From a bacterium (GTDB lineage: Bacteria; Planctomycetota; Phycisphaerae; UBA1845): a DNA stretch of 48,122 nt. The notes beneath the pieces are model-generated. The model was given only the letters and a program-made list of their open reading frames with translations, was not told the DNA's origin and ran no database searches. The translations under genes were made by a program, and so were the position numbers. This document shows, piece by piece, positions 27,326 to 35,972 of the stretch; position 1 is the first letter of the stretch, and each line of letters opens with the position of its first letter. The DNA lies in contig JAAEQG010001482.1 in NCBI GenBank assembly GCA_024231775.1, positions 1 through 48,122 of the forward strand, given 5' to 3'.

Positions 27326-28441
27326 ATGGACGGAAGAAGCCCAGACCCACGCGGTGCTGGCGGCTGTGAGACCGGCATCTGCGAGCGCACTCCGGAGAGC
27401 GTGCGCTATCGCGGATATGCGTTGGAGGACCTGACGGAACACTGCTGCTTCGAGGAGGTGGCCCATCTGCTGATCTTCGGGGAGTTACCCACCGCTGCTC
27501 AGTTATCTCAACTGCGTGACTTGCTGGCGAGGTTCCGCCCACTACCGATCGAAATCCGCGACCTGCTACGAGCCCTTCCGACCAACCTGCCCATCCTCGA
27601 CGTCATTCGCACAGCCATCTCGACCTACGGTCACTTTGACCCTGTGGAAGGCGACTCGACGGAGGCTTTGCAGCGGAGGGGGATATGGTTGATGGCTGCG
27701 AGTGCAGCGGTGGTCACCGCCCGGGCCCGTATCGTTCGTCGCCAGGAGTTATTGGAGGCCAAGGCGGGGTTGGGCTACGCCGCACAGATTCTCCATCAGA
27801 TCCAGGGTGAGGCGCCCCCCGCCGGAGCTGAGCGTCTGCTGGACAGTCTCCTGATAGTATACGCCGAGCACAGCCTCTGCGCCGACACGCGGGTGGCCCG
27901 GATCGTCGAATCGACCGGGGCTGACCTGGTGTCTGCCCTGGTGGGGGCGATCGGGGCGTTCAAGGGCACGCGAACTGGTGGCGCGGATGAGCGGGTGTCC
28001 GCCCATCTGGAGGCGTTCGAGAGCATCGAGCAAGCCCGTCACCAAGCCCGAGAAGCAGGCTCCAGCAACGCCGGGGTTCCGGGCTGGGTACTCCCGGGGG
28101 GCGCTGCCGACGGCGGACGCGCCGAGGTACTGGAGGCTCGGTTGCGGACATTCGCAGAAGAGAAGGGTCTTAATCGAACGCTGGAGTTCTACGACGCGGT
28201 CAAGCAGGGCGCTGCCGATTGCTCTCCGGCGCCATGCCCCACGATCGACTTCCCCGGCGTATTGGCTGGACGCGCCCTGGGGTTGCCTACCAACCTGCTG
28301 GCGCCGATCGTGCTGACGGCCAGGGTCGCCGGTTGGTCGGCGCACTACCTCGAACAGCATGCCCAAAGCAGCGCCCCGGAGTTGCCCAACCGATATGCAG
28401 GTCCCGCTGCCCGGGCGTTCGCACCTATGGCGCAACGGTAA
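27326..28441 (+). CDS. citrate synthase-family paralogue with degenerate active site (PrpC position in the operon)
   Basis: Collinear with short bacterial citrate/2-methylcitrate synthases: VRYRGYALEDL, FEEVAHLLIFGELPT, ARVAGWSAHYLEQ. However GPLHGGAN is replaced by GTRTGGAD, and GFGHRVY by PGWVLPG. Only the NVD-type Asp (TIDFPG) is kept. Confidence 0.75.
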   Translation: MDGRSPDPRGAGGCETGICERTPESVRYRGYALEDLTEHCCFEEVAHLLIFGELPTAAQLSQLRDLLARFRPLPIEIRDLLRALPTNLPILDVIRTAISTYGHFDPVEGDSTEALQRRGIWLMAASAAVVTARARIVRRQELLEAKAGLGYAAQILHQIQGEAPPAGAERLLDSLLIVYAEHSLCADTRVARIVESTGADLVSALVGAIGAFKGTRTGGADERVSAHLEAFESIEQARHQAREAGSSNAGVPGWVLPGGAADGGRAEVLEARLRTFAEEKGLNRTLEFYDAVKQGAADCSPAPCPTIDFPGVLAGRALGLPTNLLAPIVLTARVAGWSAHYLEQHAQSSAPELPNRYAGPAARAFAPMAQR

Positions 28442-28551
28442 CACTCGTCGAGGCCAGATTGCGCAGTTTACCTCTCTTCTCTGACGTGTAACTCAAACCG
28501 CCTCAAAGGGTCCTCCATTCGCGGTGTAGCTGACTCCGCGGACTCCCTGGA

Positions 28552-28579
28552 TTGCTTCCGCACGCCGGCGCGGTAAGAT
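28552..28579 (+). promoter_or_regulatory. candidate sigma70-like promoter for citrate synthase
   Basis: TTGCTT (28552-28557), a 16-nt spacer, then TAAGAT (28574-28579), about 85 nt upstream of ATG 28664. Confidence 0.3.
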
Positions 28580-28663
28580 GAGGCTTCGTTTCGGCTGTGG
28601 CGTCCGCGCGGCGGGCCTGTCGACAAACACTATCTACTTCCACACTTCGCGAGGTGCCCCACC

Positions 28664-29941
28664 ATGGCAAAGCTAAAGGACGTTCTGGCAAAGAAGTTTC
28701 CGAAGCTCCAGGAGGAACTCAAAGGCCTGGTCAAGGCCAACGCCGGCAAGGTTATCTCCGAGGTTACCGTGGCCCAAGCCTACGGCGGAATGCGCGGGGT
28801 GAAGGCCCAGATCTGCGACACCTCAACGGTTAGCCCGGATACCGGTCTGATCGTGCGAGGCATCCCGCTCGCCGAGATCACCGACCGCTGCCCGGAGGAG
28901 ATGTTCTGGCTGCTGCTAACCGGCGAACTGCCGGACGCCGAGTCGCTCAAGGACTTGCAGGCGGACCTGGCAGCGCGCTCCGAAGTGCCCGCATACGTCT
29001 GGGACATGCTTCGGGCGATGCCGAAGGACACGCACCCCATGGTCATGCAGAGCATGGGCGTGGTGGCGATGCAGGGGCTATCCAAGTTCCGCAAACGCTA
29101 CGACGAGGGCATGCCCAAGCAGGAGTATTGGGAGGCCTGCCTGGAGGATTCGCTGGACCTGCTGGCCAAGATCCCGGTGCTCACTGCCGGGGCCTGGCGG
29201 ATTCGCTATGAGGACGGCAAGCTGATCCCGCGCGATCCGAGCAAGGACTGGAGCGCGAACTTCGCCCACATGATGGGCGTGCCTGATCCCTCGGGCCACT
29301 TGGCGGACTTGTTCCGCCTCTACTTGAACCTCCACGCCGACCACGAGAGCGGCAACGTGAGTGCCAACCTGTGTCACGTCTGCGGTTCAGCCCTTTCCGA
29401 TCCATACTACTCGGTGGCGGCGGGGCTCAACGGCCTGGCCGGTCCGTTGCACGGCCTAGCCAACCAGGAATGCCTGAAGTTCCACGAAACGATCTACCAG
29501 AGATTCAATGGCGTACCCACCGCGGAGCAGTTGAGCAAGCTGGCTTGGGACACGCTCAACTCCGGACGGGTCATCCCCGGTTTCGGCCACGCGGTGCTCC
29601 GCTGCACCGACCCGCGCTACACCGCCTGCCACGAGTTCGGCATCAAGGTCTGTCCTGACGAACCACTGTTCAAGCTGGCCGACCTCATGCTCCAGGTGAT
29701 CCCCGGGGTGCTGAAGGAGCACGGCAAAGCCAAGAACACCAACCCCAACGTAGACGCGCTGTCCGGCGTGTTGATGTACGCGTTCGGCGTAAAGGAGCCG
29801 CCCTTCTACACCGCCATCTTCGGCGTTTCCCGCGCCATCGGGATGTGTGCCCAGATGATTATCAACCGTGCCATCGGCACACCGATCACCCGGCCTAAGT
29901 CGGTCACGACCGAGTGGATCAAGCAGCAGGTGGGCGCGTAG
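28664..29941 (+). CDS. gltA: citrate synthase, eukaryote-like (mitochondrial-type) form
   Basis: 425 aa. GMRGVKA, HADHESGNVS, GLAGPLHGLANQE, VIPGFGHAVLRCTDPRY, NPNVDALSG and ITRPKS are all present. All three catalytic residues are intact, and the motifs match the mitochondrial-type family rather than the GFGHRVY bacterial type. Confidence 0.9.
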   Translation: MAKLKDVLAKKFPKLQEELKGLVKANAGKVISEVTVAQAYGGMRGVKAQICDTSTVSPDTGLIVRGIPLAEITDRCPEEMFWLLLTGELPDAESLKDLQADLAARSEVPAYVWDMLRAMPKDTHPMVMQSMGVVAMQGLSKFRKRYDEGMPKQEYWEACLEDSLDLLAKIPVLTAGAWRIRYEDGKLIPRDPSKDWSANFAHMMGVPDPSGHLADLFRLYLNLHADHESGNVSANLCHVCGSALSDPYYSVAAGLNGLAGPLHGLANQECLKFHETIYQRFNGVPTAEQLSKLAWDTLNSGRVIPGFGHAVLRCTDPRYTACHEFGIKVCPDEPLFKLADLMLQVIPGVLKEHGKAKNTNPNVDALSGVLMYAFGVKEPPFYTAIFGVSRAIGMCAQMIINRAIGTPITRPKSVTTEWIKQQVGA

Positions 29942-29985
29942 TACCGTCAGCGGAAGGGTACGGGCGATTCTAACGCGGTGATTCT

Positions 29986-30030
29986 GTAGCGACCTGCGCC
30001 TCCGTCGGCTTGCGAGGCGCAGGTCGCTAC
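29986..30030. terminator. 17-bp perfect-stem hairpin between convergent genes (candidate bidirectional terminator)
   Basis: GTAGCGACCTGCGCCTC (29986-30002), an 11-nt loop, then GAGGCGCAGGTCGCTAC (30014-30030). Flanking AACGCGG/CCGCGTT extend the inverted repeat. There is no clear U-tract. Confidence 0.5.
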
Positions 30031-30049
30031 AGCCATCCACGAAGCCGCG

Positions 30050-30886
30050 TTACGGCTCGCCGTTCCCCGCAAACTCCACATGACCCCAGTGCTCGGGGAT
30101 GTGCATGTTGATCTCCCCTTGAGGAGACCACACCCAGTTGTTCTCCGTGGCATCCGCAGGCTTGGCATAGCTCCCGTCCACGACGAGAAGCGGCCACTCA
30201 ACCCTGGAGAAATTCATCCGCCACGTGTCACCCGCACGCGGCGGTGACGGTCGGTGTGCGTACTCCGCAAGCGAGGCCCAGGGCAAAGCCAGTTCCAGAG
30301 ACCACCCCGTGTCGACGTCACCCGGATCGTTCACTGAACCATCGACGAACACCGCGGACTTCAACCCGTCCAGATTCCAATCGTGATCCGCAGGACCACC
30401 ATCGCGGTACGTGCGCACCAGCAACAGGTCGAAGATCGTGTTCAGGGCGTTGATTTCGACTTCGTAGTATTCGCGGGCGTCACCGTCGGGGTCGATGAAC
30501 AGCTCGAAGTCATTGTCGTGGAAGACGATTTGGTCGTGTTCGGTGAGGGTTCCCCAGACGTGCGGCTCTTCCAGCTCCGCGCCGATGTAGAGATAGCCAT
30601 CGTCCCAGCACAGCTTGGCTCGGGTACGGTATCTTGGCGGGGGCTTCGCCGGACCTTCGATGTCGATGAATGGTTCTGTCCAGGGAACTTCGGCCCAGGC
30701 GGGTTCGTTCAATCGACCGTCGACCACGATCGGAGTTTGTGCTCGGGAGCAAACGTACCGGCGCGGGATCGACGTCCGGGGTGATCGCTCCAACCCCTGC
30801 ATGGGCACGCGACCAGGCCCGCACCCCATCCCCAGCAAACCAGCCATCCCCAACAGCACCAGGGTCCAATACACCCGGGGAATCAT
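30050..30886 (-). CDS. carbohydrate-binding family 9 (CBM9/DOMON-like) secreted protein
   Basis: Signal peptide MIPRVYWTLVLLGMAGLLGMGC. IVVDGRLNEPAWAEVPW..FIDIEG..LYIGAELEEPHVW..DNDFELFIDPDGD..YYEVEINALN is typical of CBM9-like proteins. GGGAGG precedes the start. Confidence 0.7.
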   Translation of the reverse strand: MIPRVYWTLVLLGMAGLLGMGCGPGRVPMQGLERSPRTSIPRRYVCSRAQTPIVVDGRLNEPAWAEVPWTEPFIDIEGPAKPPPRYRTRAKLCWDDGYLYIGAELEEPHVWGTLTEHDQIVFHDNDFELFIDPDGDAREYYEVEINALNTIFDLLLVRTYRDGGPADHDWNLDGLKSAVFVDGSVNDPGDVDTGWSLELALPWASLAEYAHRPSPPRAGDTWRMNFSRVEWPLLVVDGSYAKPADATENNWVWSPQGEINMHIPEHWGHVEFAGNGEP

Positions 30887-31254
30887 ATGGTTCCTCCCGT
30901 CTCCGGACCTCGGGGGTCCAGGCCTCGCCGGTCATCTCGGCCTCCGTGGGTAACCGTGGGTCTGGAGTGTAGTCACAGGAGCGAGCGGCGCAAAGGCGCC
31001 TCCCGCTCAGCCCGGGCTCCTTGTCTGCGTCGCTTCTCCCGGCTGAGCACGGGTGGGGTGGTCTGCATCGTCGCCGTCGGGGTGAGTAGCCGACGCCGAC
31101 GGGGAACGGTATCCTGCGGGGGAAGGCTGCGGCGTTGGGGGGGGATCGGAGAGGACAACGCCGCAGCTTCCTCCCGGTGGATGGGGTGACGACGGGGGCT
31201 TTGCCAAACGGGGGTAATCGTCACCAGCCGCGCGATATACGAGGAAAGGTCACC

Positions 31255-33027
31255 ATGCAGCTCACTTCACTCGATTGGATTGTGGTCGCGGCCTGCTTGC
31301 TGATTGCCCTTCTTCCGGCATTGTTCTTCGCCCGTCGCGCTGGGCGGGGCACGGTTGAGTTCTTCGTCTCGGGGCGGGCAGCCCCGTGGTGGTTGATCGG
31401 CACGTCCATGGTCGCGACCACCTTCGCCACGGACACCCCAAACCTGGTCACTGAATTGGTGCGGACCAAAGGCGTGGCAGCCAACTGGGTGTGGTGGTCC
31501 TTTCTGCTCACCGGCATGCTCACCGTCTTCTTTTACGCCCGCCTGTGGCGCCGCTCCGGCGTACTGACCGACCTGGAGTTCTATGAGATTCGGTACTCCG
31601 GGAAGTCCGCGAGTCTGGTCCGTGGGTTCAGGGCGCTGTACCTGGGTCTGTTCTTCAACTGCGTCATCATGGCCAACGTAACCCTGGCGGCGGTGAAGAT
31701 CGCCAACGTAATGCTCGGTTGGACGCCGCTGCAGACGGTGTTGATCTGCGGATCCATCTGCGTGGTCTTCTCCGCCATGTCCGGGTTGTGGGGCGTGCTC
31801 GCGGCGGACCTGGTCCAGTTTGCCATTGCCATGGTGGGGGTGACTGCCGCAGCCTACTACGCCCTGGATCACGAAGCCGTCGGCGGGCTTGCGGGCATGC
31901 TCAGCAAGATCGAACCAGCCAAGCTCAACCTGTTGCCGGACTTCAGTAATACGGAGCTGACCCTGACGGTCCTGATAATTCCCCTCACGGTTCAATGGTG
32001 GTCGGTCTGGTATCCCGGGGCTGAACCGGGGGGGGGGAGTTACGTCGCTCAGCGCATCCTCGCCGCCAAGGACGAGAAGCACTCCATGGCGGCGACGCTG
32101 TGGTTCAATATCGCCATGTACGCCCTGCGGCCTTGGCCGTGGATCATCGTGGCACTCTGCTCGCTGCTGGTATTCCCGACGTTAGGGGACCTGCAGGCGG
32201 CGCTGCCCCACGTGGACCCCGCGTTGATTAAGGATGACTTGGCTTATCCCGCCATGCTCACCCTGCTCCCCGCGGGGCTGGTGGGGTTGCTGGTGGCTTC
32301 GCTGTTCGCCGCGTATGTCTCCACGATGTCCACGCAGTTGAACTGGGGGGCGTCATACCTGGTGCACGATTTCTACCGGCGCTTCGTGCGCCGTGACGCG
32401 GATGAGCGGCATTATGTCTTGGTATCCCGGTTGGCTTCCGTCGCCCTGATGTTGGTTGCGGGGGGGATGATGTTCTTGCTGGAGAGCGCGGGCGAAGCCT
32501 TCGAGCTTCTCCTGGCCATTGGCGCCGGAACGGGGCTGATCTACCTGTTGCGCTGGTTCTGGTGGCGGATCAACGCCTGGAGCGAGATCGCCGCGATGGG
32601 GTCGTCGTTTCTGATCGCCGCGGGGCTGTTTGTGGCCAAGAGATTCGGCGTCGAGGTGCCCACGCACCTGTCGCTGGTGGGCGCGATGCTTGCAGCGACC
32701 CTGGTCTGGGTGGTGGTCACCTACCTCACTCGCCCGGTCGATCGCAATGTGCTCATCCGCTTCTACCAACTGGTCAGGCCGGCTGGTCCTGGGTGGAGCG
32801 CGATCCGGGAAGCCTCCGGTGCGACTCCGTCGCCGGACAGCCTGCCCCATGCGTTGCTGGGTTGGATCCTGGGCTGCACTTTGGTCTACTCTGCCTTGTT
32901 CGGGACGGGGAGCTTCATCTACGGTCGCACAACTGCCGGCGTGGTATGCGCCGCGATGTTCCTCGCCAGCGGGATGGCGTTGGCAGCCTTGTTGCGGGTT
33001 CTGTGGAGGGACCGCCATCCCGGATGA
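31255..33027 (+). CDS. sodium:solute symporter family transporter
   Basis: Start at ATG 31255 (MQLTSLDWIVVAACLL), preceded by GAGGAAAGG. About 13 hydrophobic helices, with FFVSGRAAPWWLIGTSMVATTFATDTP matching the SSF signature region. Confidence 0.85.
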   Translation: MQLTSLDWIVVAACLLIALLPALFFARRAGRGTVEFFVSGRAAPWWLIGTSMVATTFATDTPNLVTELVRTKGVAANWVWWSFLLTGMLTVFFYARLWRRSGVLTDLEFYEIRYSGKSASLVRGFRALYLGLFFNCVIMANVTLAAVKIANVMLGWTPLQTVLICGSICVVFSAMSGLWGVLAADLVQFAIAMVGVTAAAYYALDHEAVGGLAGMLSKIEPAKLNLLPDFSNTELTLTVLIIPLTVQWWSVWYPGAEPGGGSYVAQRILAAKDEKHSMAATLWFNIAMYALRPWPWIIVALCSLLVFPTLGDLQAALPHVDPALIKDDLAYPAMLTLLPAGLVGLLVASLFAAYVSTMSTQLNWGASYLVHDFYRRFVRRDADERHYVLVSRLASVALMLVAGGMMFLLESAGEAFELLLAIGAGTGLIYLLRWFWWRINAWSEIAAMGSSFLIAAGLFVAKRFGVEVPTHLSLVGAMLAATLVWVVVTYLTRPVDRNVLIRFYQLVRPAGPGWSAIREASGATPSPDSLPHALLGWILGCTLVYSALFGTGSFIYGRTTAGVVCAAMFLASGMALAALLRVLWRDRHPG

Positions 33028-33066
33028 TGGCCCCCGCATGTCCTACGTGAGACAGGGAGGTGTCAG

Positions 33067-34953
33067 ATGCAGATGAGGGTTGTGCTTCTGGTGATGGGCA
33101 TGGTAGGCGTTCATTCCGTATCGGCTGACCCGGCGATGGCTGAGCGAGCGGTGGCGATCGTCCCGCGTCCCGCCCATCTGAAGGTCCTCTCCGGAGGGTT
33201 CCGGGTGTTGCCGGACACGCCCATCGCGGTCGATGTCGGGAACGCCGAGGTCCGGGCCATCGGCGACTACCTCGCGGAGGTCCTGCGTCAGCAGACCGGG
33301 AGCAAGCATCCCCTTATCCCGATGAGCGCTGAAACGCATCCGCCAGCCATATGCCTGACCATCAGTGAATCCGCCGACGGATCGACAGGCCAGGAGAGCT
33401 ATGATCTGGTTGTGGCGCCTGATCGCGTGCTGCTGCGTGCCAGCCGTCCCCGCGGATTGTTCCTGGGCGTTCAGACGCTTCGCCAGCTCTTCCCCACGGA
33501 ATGGACGGAGTCGAATGATCGAAACCCGAGCACAGTTCCAGGCGGGACCATCCGATGTGTCCGTATCACGGATCAACCGCGGTACCGATGGCGCGGTATG
33601 CTGCTCGATTGCTGCCGTCACTTCATGCCCAAGGACTTCGTGAAACGCTACATCGACTTGCTGGCCTACCACAGAATGAACGTTCTGCACTGGCACCTCA
33701 CTGAGGATCAGGGTTGGCGCATCGAGATCAAGCGATACCCCAAGTTGACGCAGATCGGCGCCTGGCGCGGGGAGGGCGATGAACGCCACGGAGGCTACTA
33801 CACCCAGGAGGACATCAGGGAAATCGTAGCCTACGCCGCCAGCCGGTATATCACCGTCGTTCCTGAAATCGAGATGCCCGGACACTCCGTCGCCGCCCTG
33901 GCTGCTCATCCCGATCTGTCCTGCACCGGGGGGCCGTTCGAGGTGAGCACGCACTGGGGCGTCCATGACGATGTTTACTGTGCCGGCAACGAAGCGACCT
34001 TCGAGTTCATCGAAAACGTTCTCACCGAGGTCCTGGACCTGTTCCCATCGGAGTTCATTCATATCGGCGGCGATGAATGCCCCAAGGTTCGCTGGAAGGC
34101 TTGTCGCAAGTGTCAGGCCCGCATCAAAGCTGAAGACCTTGAGAACGAGGACGAACTGCAAAGCTATTTCATCCGGCGCGTCGAGGGCTTCCTGAGGAAG
34201 AACCAGCGGCGGCTGGTCGGTTGGGATGAAATTCTCGAAGGTGGTCTGGCCCCCAACGCCACCGTCCAATCGTGGCGCGGCATGAATGGAGCCATCGCCG
34301 CCGCCCAGGCCGGTCACGACGTGATCGTCTCGCCCACCACTCACTGCTACCTGGATTACTCCCAGGCCCGCACGCCCGGAATACCCATGCCCATGGGCTT
34401 CGTCGATCTGCAAACCGCATATTCCTTCGAGCCCACCCCGAAGCTGCTTACCGAAGCGCAAGCCGGGCACGTTCTGGGGCTGGAAGGGAACATATGGACT
34501 GAGTTCGCCCCGCCGGAACGCGTAGATCAGCAGGTGTTTCCGCGGCTCTGCGCCTTGGCGGAGGTCGCCTGGACGCCTGCGGAGCGCCGCGACTGGGCGG
34601 GATTCTCGGAACGACTGATCGTCCACCTACGCCGGCTGGAAGCCATGAGTGTGGCGTACTTCCTTCACCCCCCCGTGTGCCTGACCACTGATCGTGAGTT
34701 CGTCAACGCCATCGACGTGCGCTTCGAGAACCCGCTGGGACAAGGTGAGATTCGATACACTATCGATGGAAGCGAACCCTCCGCGCAATCCGCACCGTAC
34801 CTCAGCGGTATCCGGTTGGAGGAGTCGGCGGAGGTCCGAGCCAGGACCTATCTCCCTCGAGGACGATCCACCGATACGGTGACGCTACACTTCACCAAAA
34901 GGACCCCGCGCAAGCCGGCGCGCGGCTCCGGGTTGGCTCCCGGTCTGGAGTAG
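33067..34953 (+). CDS. GH20 beta-N-acetylhexosaminidase, secreted
   Basis: Signal peptide MQMRVVLLVMGMVGVHSVSA. RWRGMLLDCCRHF, MNVLHWHLTEDQGWR, IVPEIEMPGH and HIGGDEC are present, including the GH20 catalytic D-E region. GGAGG precedes the start. Confidence 0.9.
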   Translation: MQMRVVLLVMGMVGVHSVSADPAMAERAVAIVPRPAHLKVLSGGFRVLPDTPIAVDVGNAEVRAIGDYLAEVLRQQTGSKHPLIPMSAETHPPAICLTISESADGSTGQESYDLVVAPDRVLLRASRPRGLFLGVQTLRQLFPTEWTESNDRNPSTVPGGTIRCVRITDQPRYRWRGMLLDCCRHFMPKDFVKRYIDLLAYHRMNVLHWHLTEDQGWRIEIKRYPKLTQIGAWRGEGDERHGGYYTQEDIREIVAYAASRYITVVPEIEMPGHSVAALAAHPDLSCTGGPFEVSTHWGVHDDVYCAGNEATFEFIENVLTEVLDLFPSEFIHIGGDECPKVRWKACRKCQARIKAEDLENEDELQSYFIRRVEGFLRKNQRRLVGWDEILEGGLAPNATVQSWRGMNGAIAAAQAGHDVIVSPTTHCYLDYSQARTPGIPMPMGFVDLQTAYSFEPTPKLLTEAQAGHVLGLEGNIWTEFAPPERVDQQVFPRLCALAEVAWTPAERRDWAGFSERLIVHLRRLEAMSVAYFLHPPVCLTTDREFVNAIDVRFENPLGQGEIRYTIDGSEPSAQSAPYLSGIRLEESAEVRARTYLPRGRSTDTVTLHFTKRTPRKPARGSGLAPGLE

Positions 34954-35071
34954 CACCAATGTACAGTTTGAGTTTGCCGATTGCCCGATTCCCGATCGTC
35001 TTGGCGCTCGAGTGGCCGCGCGGACTGAAGTCCGCGGCTCGCTGATCTGCATAGTCATCCTGGACTTGGTA

Positions 35072-35635
35072 TCATTCGTCGCCGGAGGGAGCGATCCTGG
35101 CTTGTTGCTTGAGACTCTCCCGGGCCGACTCGAAGAAAGCGTGATACGTTTCGGCTGCATAGTCGGGGTAGGTCCAGGGATAAGCGTGCCAGGCGCCGCT
35201 GGCATAATGCAGGGTCACCTCGGCGTGAATGCCCCGCTCGAGGTAGATGCGGTGTGAGAAGTCCTTCGTCGTTGCCAGAACGAGCTTGCTCAGGGTAAGG
35301 TAGCCCGGGTCGATGTTCACCGGTCGACGATCGTGCGGACAGAGCGTGTCGTCGCAGATGCGCTTCTCCAGGTCGTTGGTCAACCGCTTGATCTCAGCGA
35401 GGCGCTCAACCGAGACCAACTCTTCAAAACACACAAACCGTCGCCGGAGGTCAACGCCCATCTCCTCACGGTAGTAGTCGGTCTGATCGAACGGCCAGGT
35501 CTCGCTCTCCGTATCGACCGGCCCGAGAAGGGCGCGCAACCGCCGAACGGCCAACACCAGAAGGTCCGGATCGGACGACAGCAACCCGCAAATCAACTTA
35601 GCTCGCGGCGGTGGTTTGACGGTTCCCATGAGCAC
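35072..35635 (-). CDS. DUF4416-family protein
   Basis: 187 aa. PPRAKLICGLL..FDQTDYYREEMG..RRFVCFEELV..NIDPGYLTLSKLVLATTKDFSHRIYLERGIHAEVTL..PWTYPDY matches my recollection of the DUF4416 consensus. Confidence 0.6.
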   Translation of the reverse strand: MLMGTVKPPPRAKLICGLLSSDPDLLVLAVRRLRALLGPVDTESETWPFDQTDYYREEMGVDLRRRFVCFEELVSVERLAEIKRLTNDLEKRICDDTLCPHDRRPVNIDPGYLTLSKLVLATTKDFSHRIYLERGIHAEVTLHYASGAWHAYPWTYPDYAAETYHAFFESARESLKQQARIAPSGDE

Positions 35636-35972
35636 TAAACCAGTGTTCCAGTCGACGCCCTGTCCTGCTCAGGCAAGACGCGGGCACGATAGAACTCCCT
35701 CCATCCAGGTCGCCTCTCCTGTCGGGAAGGCTCGCCATGAGTTGTGACGCTCTCAGGAAGCGGCTTGCTTTCCTTCCGGACAAACGGATCAGTCCTCGTT
35801 CGGGTCCTCAACGCATCATACCTCAGTACCACCTCGCTTCCCAGCAGCGCTGCCCGGACGCGGCGCTGAGGAACAGGCTACCGATCGACCTGCACCGCTA
35901 TTGCTCGGGATAGTGGTCCGTGAGAATGATGAGAACGGTGGACCTGTTGACCACGCCGTATGATCCGCGTCT

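Noticed and set aside
32028-32037. G10 homopolymer inside the symporter gene as a phase-variation switch
   Set aside because: It is in frame and simply encodes Pro-Gly-Gly-Gly (ccg ggg ggg ggg). A similar G8 encodes the SGG of the TilS PP-loop at 5875-5882, so this is a by-product of GC-rich codon use. It is still a plausible hotspot for sequencing errors.
31267-32082. 271-aa minus-strand ORF
   Set aside because: It is antisense to the sodium:solute symporter. Its hydrophilic, Gly/Arg/Pro-rich composition contrasts with the coherent TM-helix pattern of the sense frame.
33043-34626. 527-aa minus-strand ORF
   Set aside because: It is antisense to the GH20 hexosaminidase, which has unmistakable family motifs. 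The ORF itself is low-complexity and G/R/P-rich.
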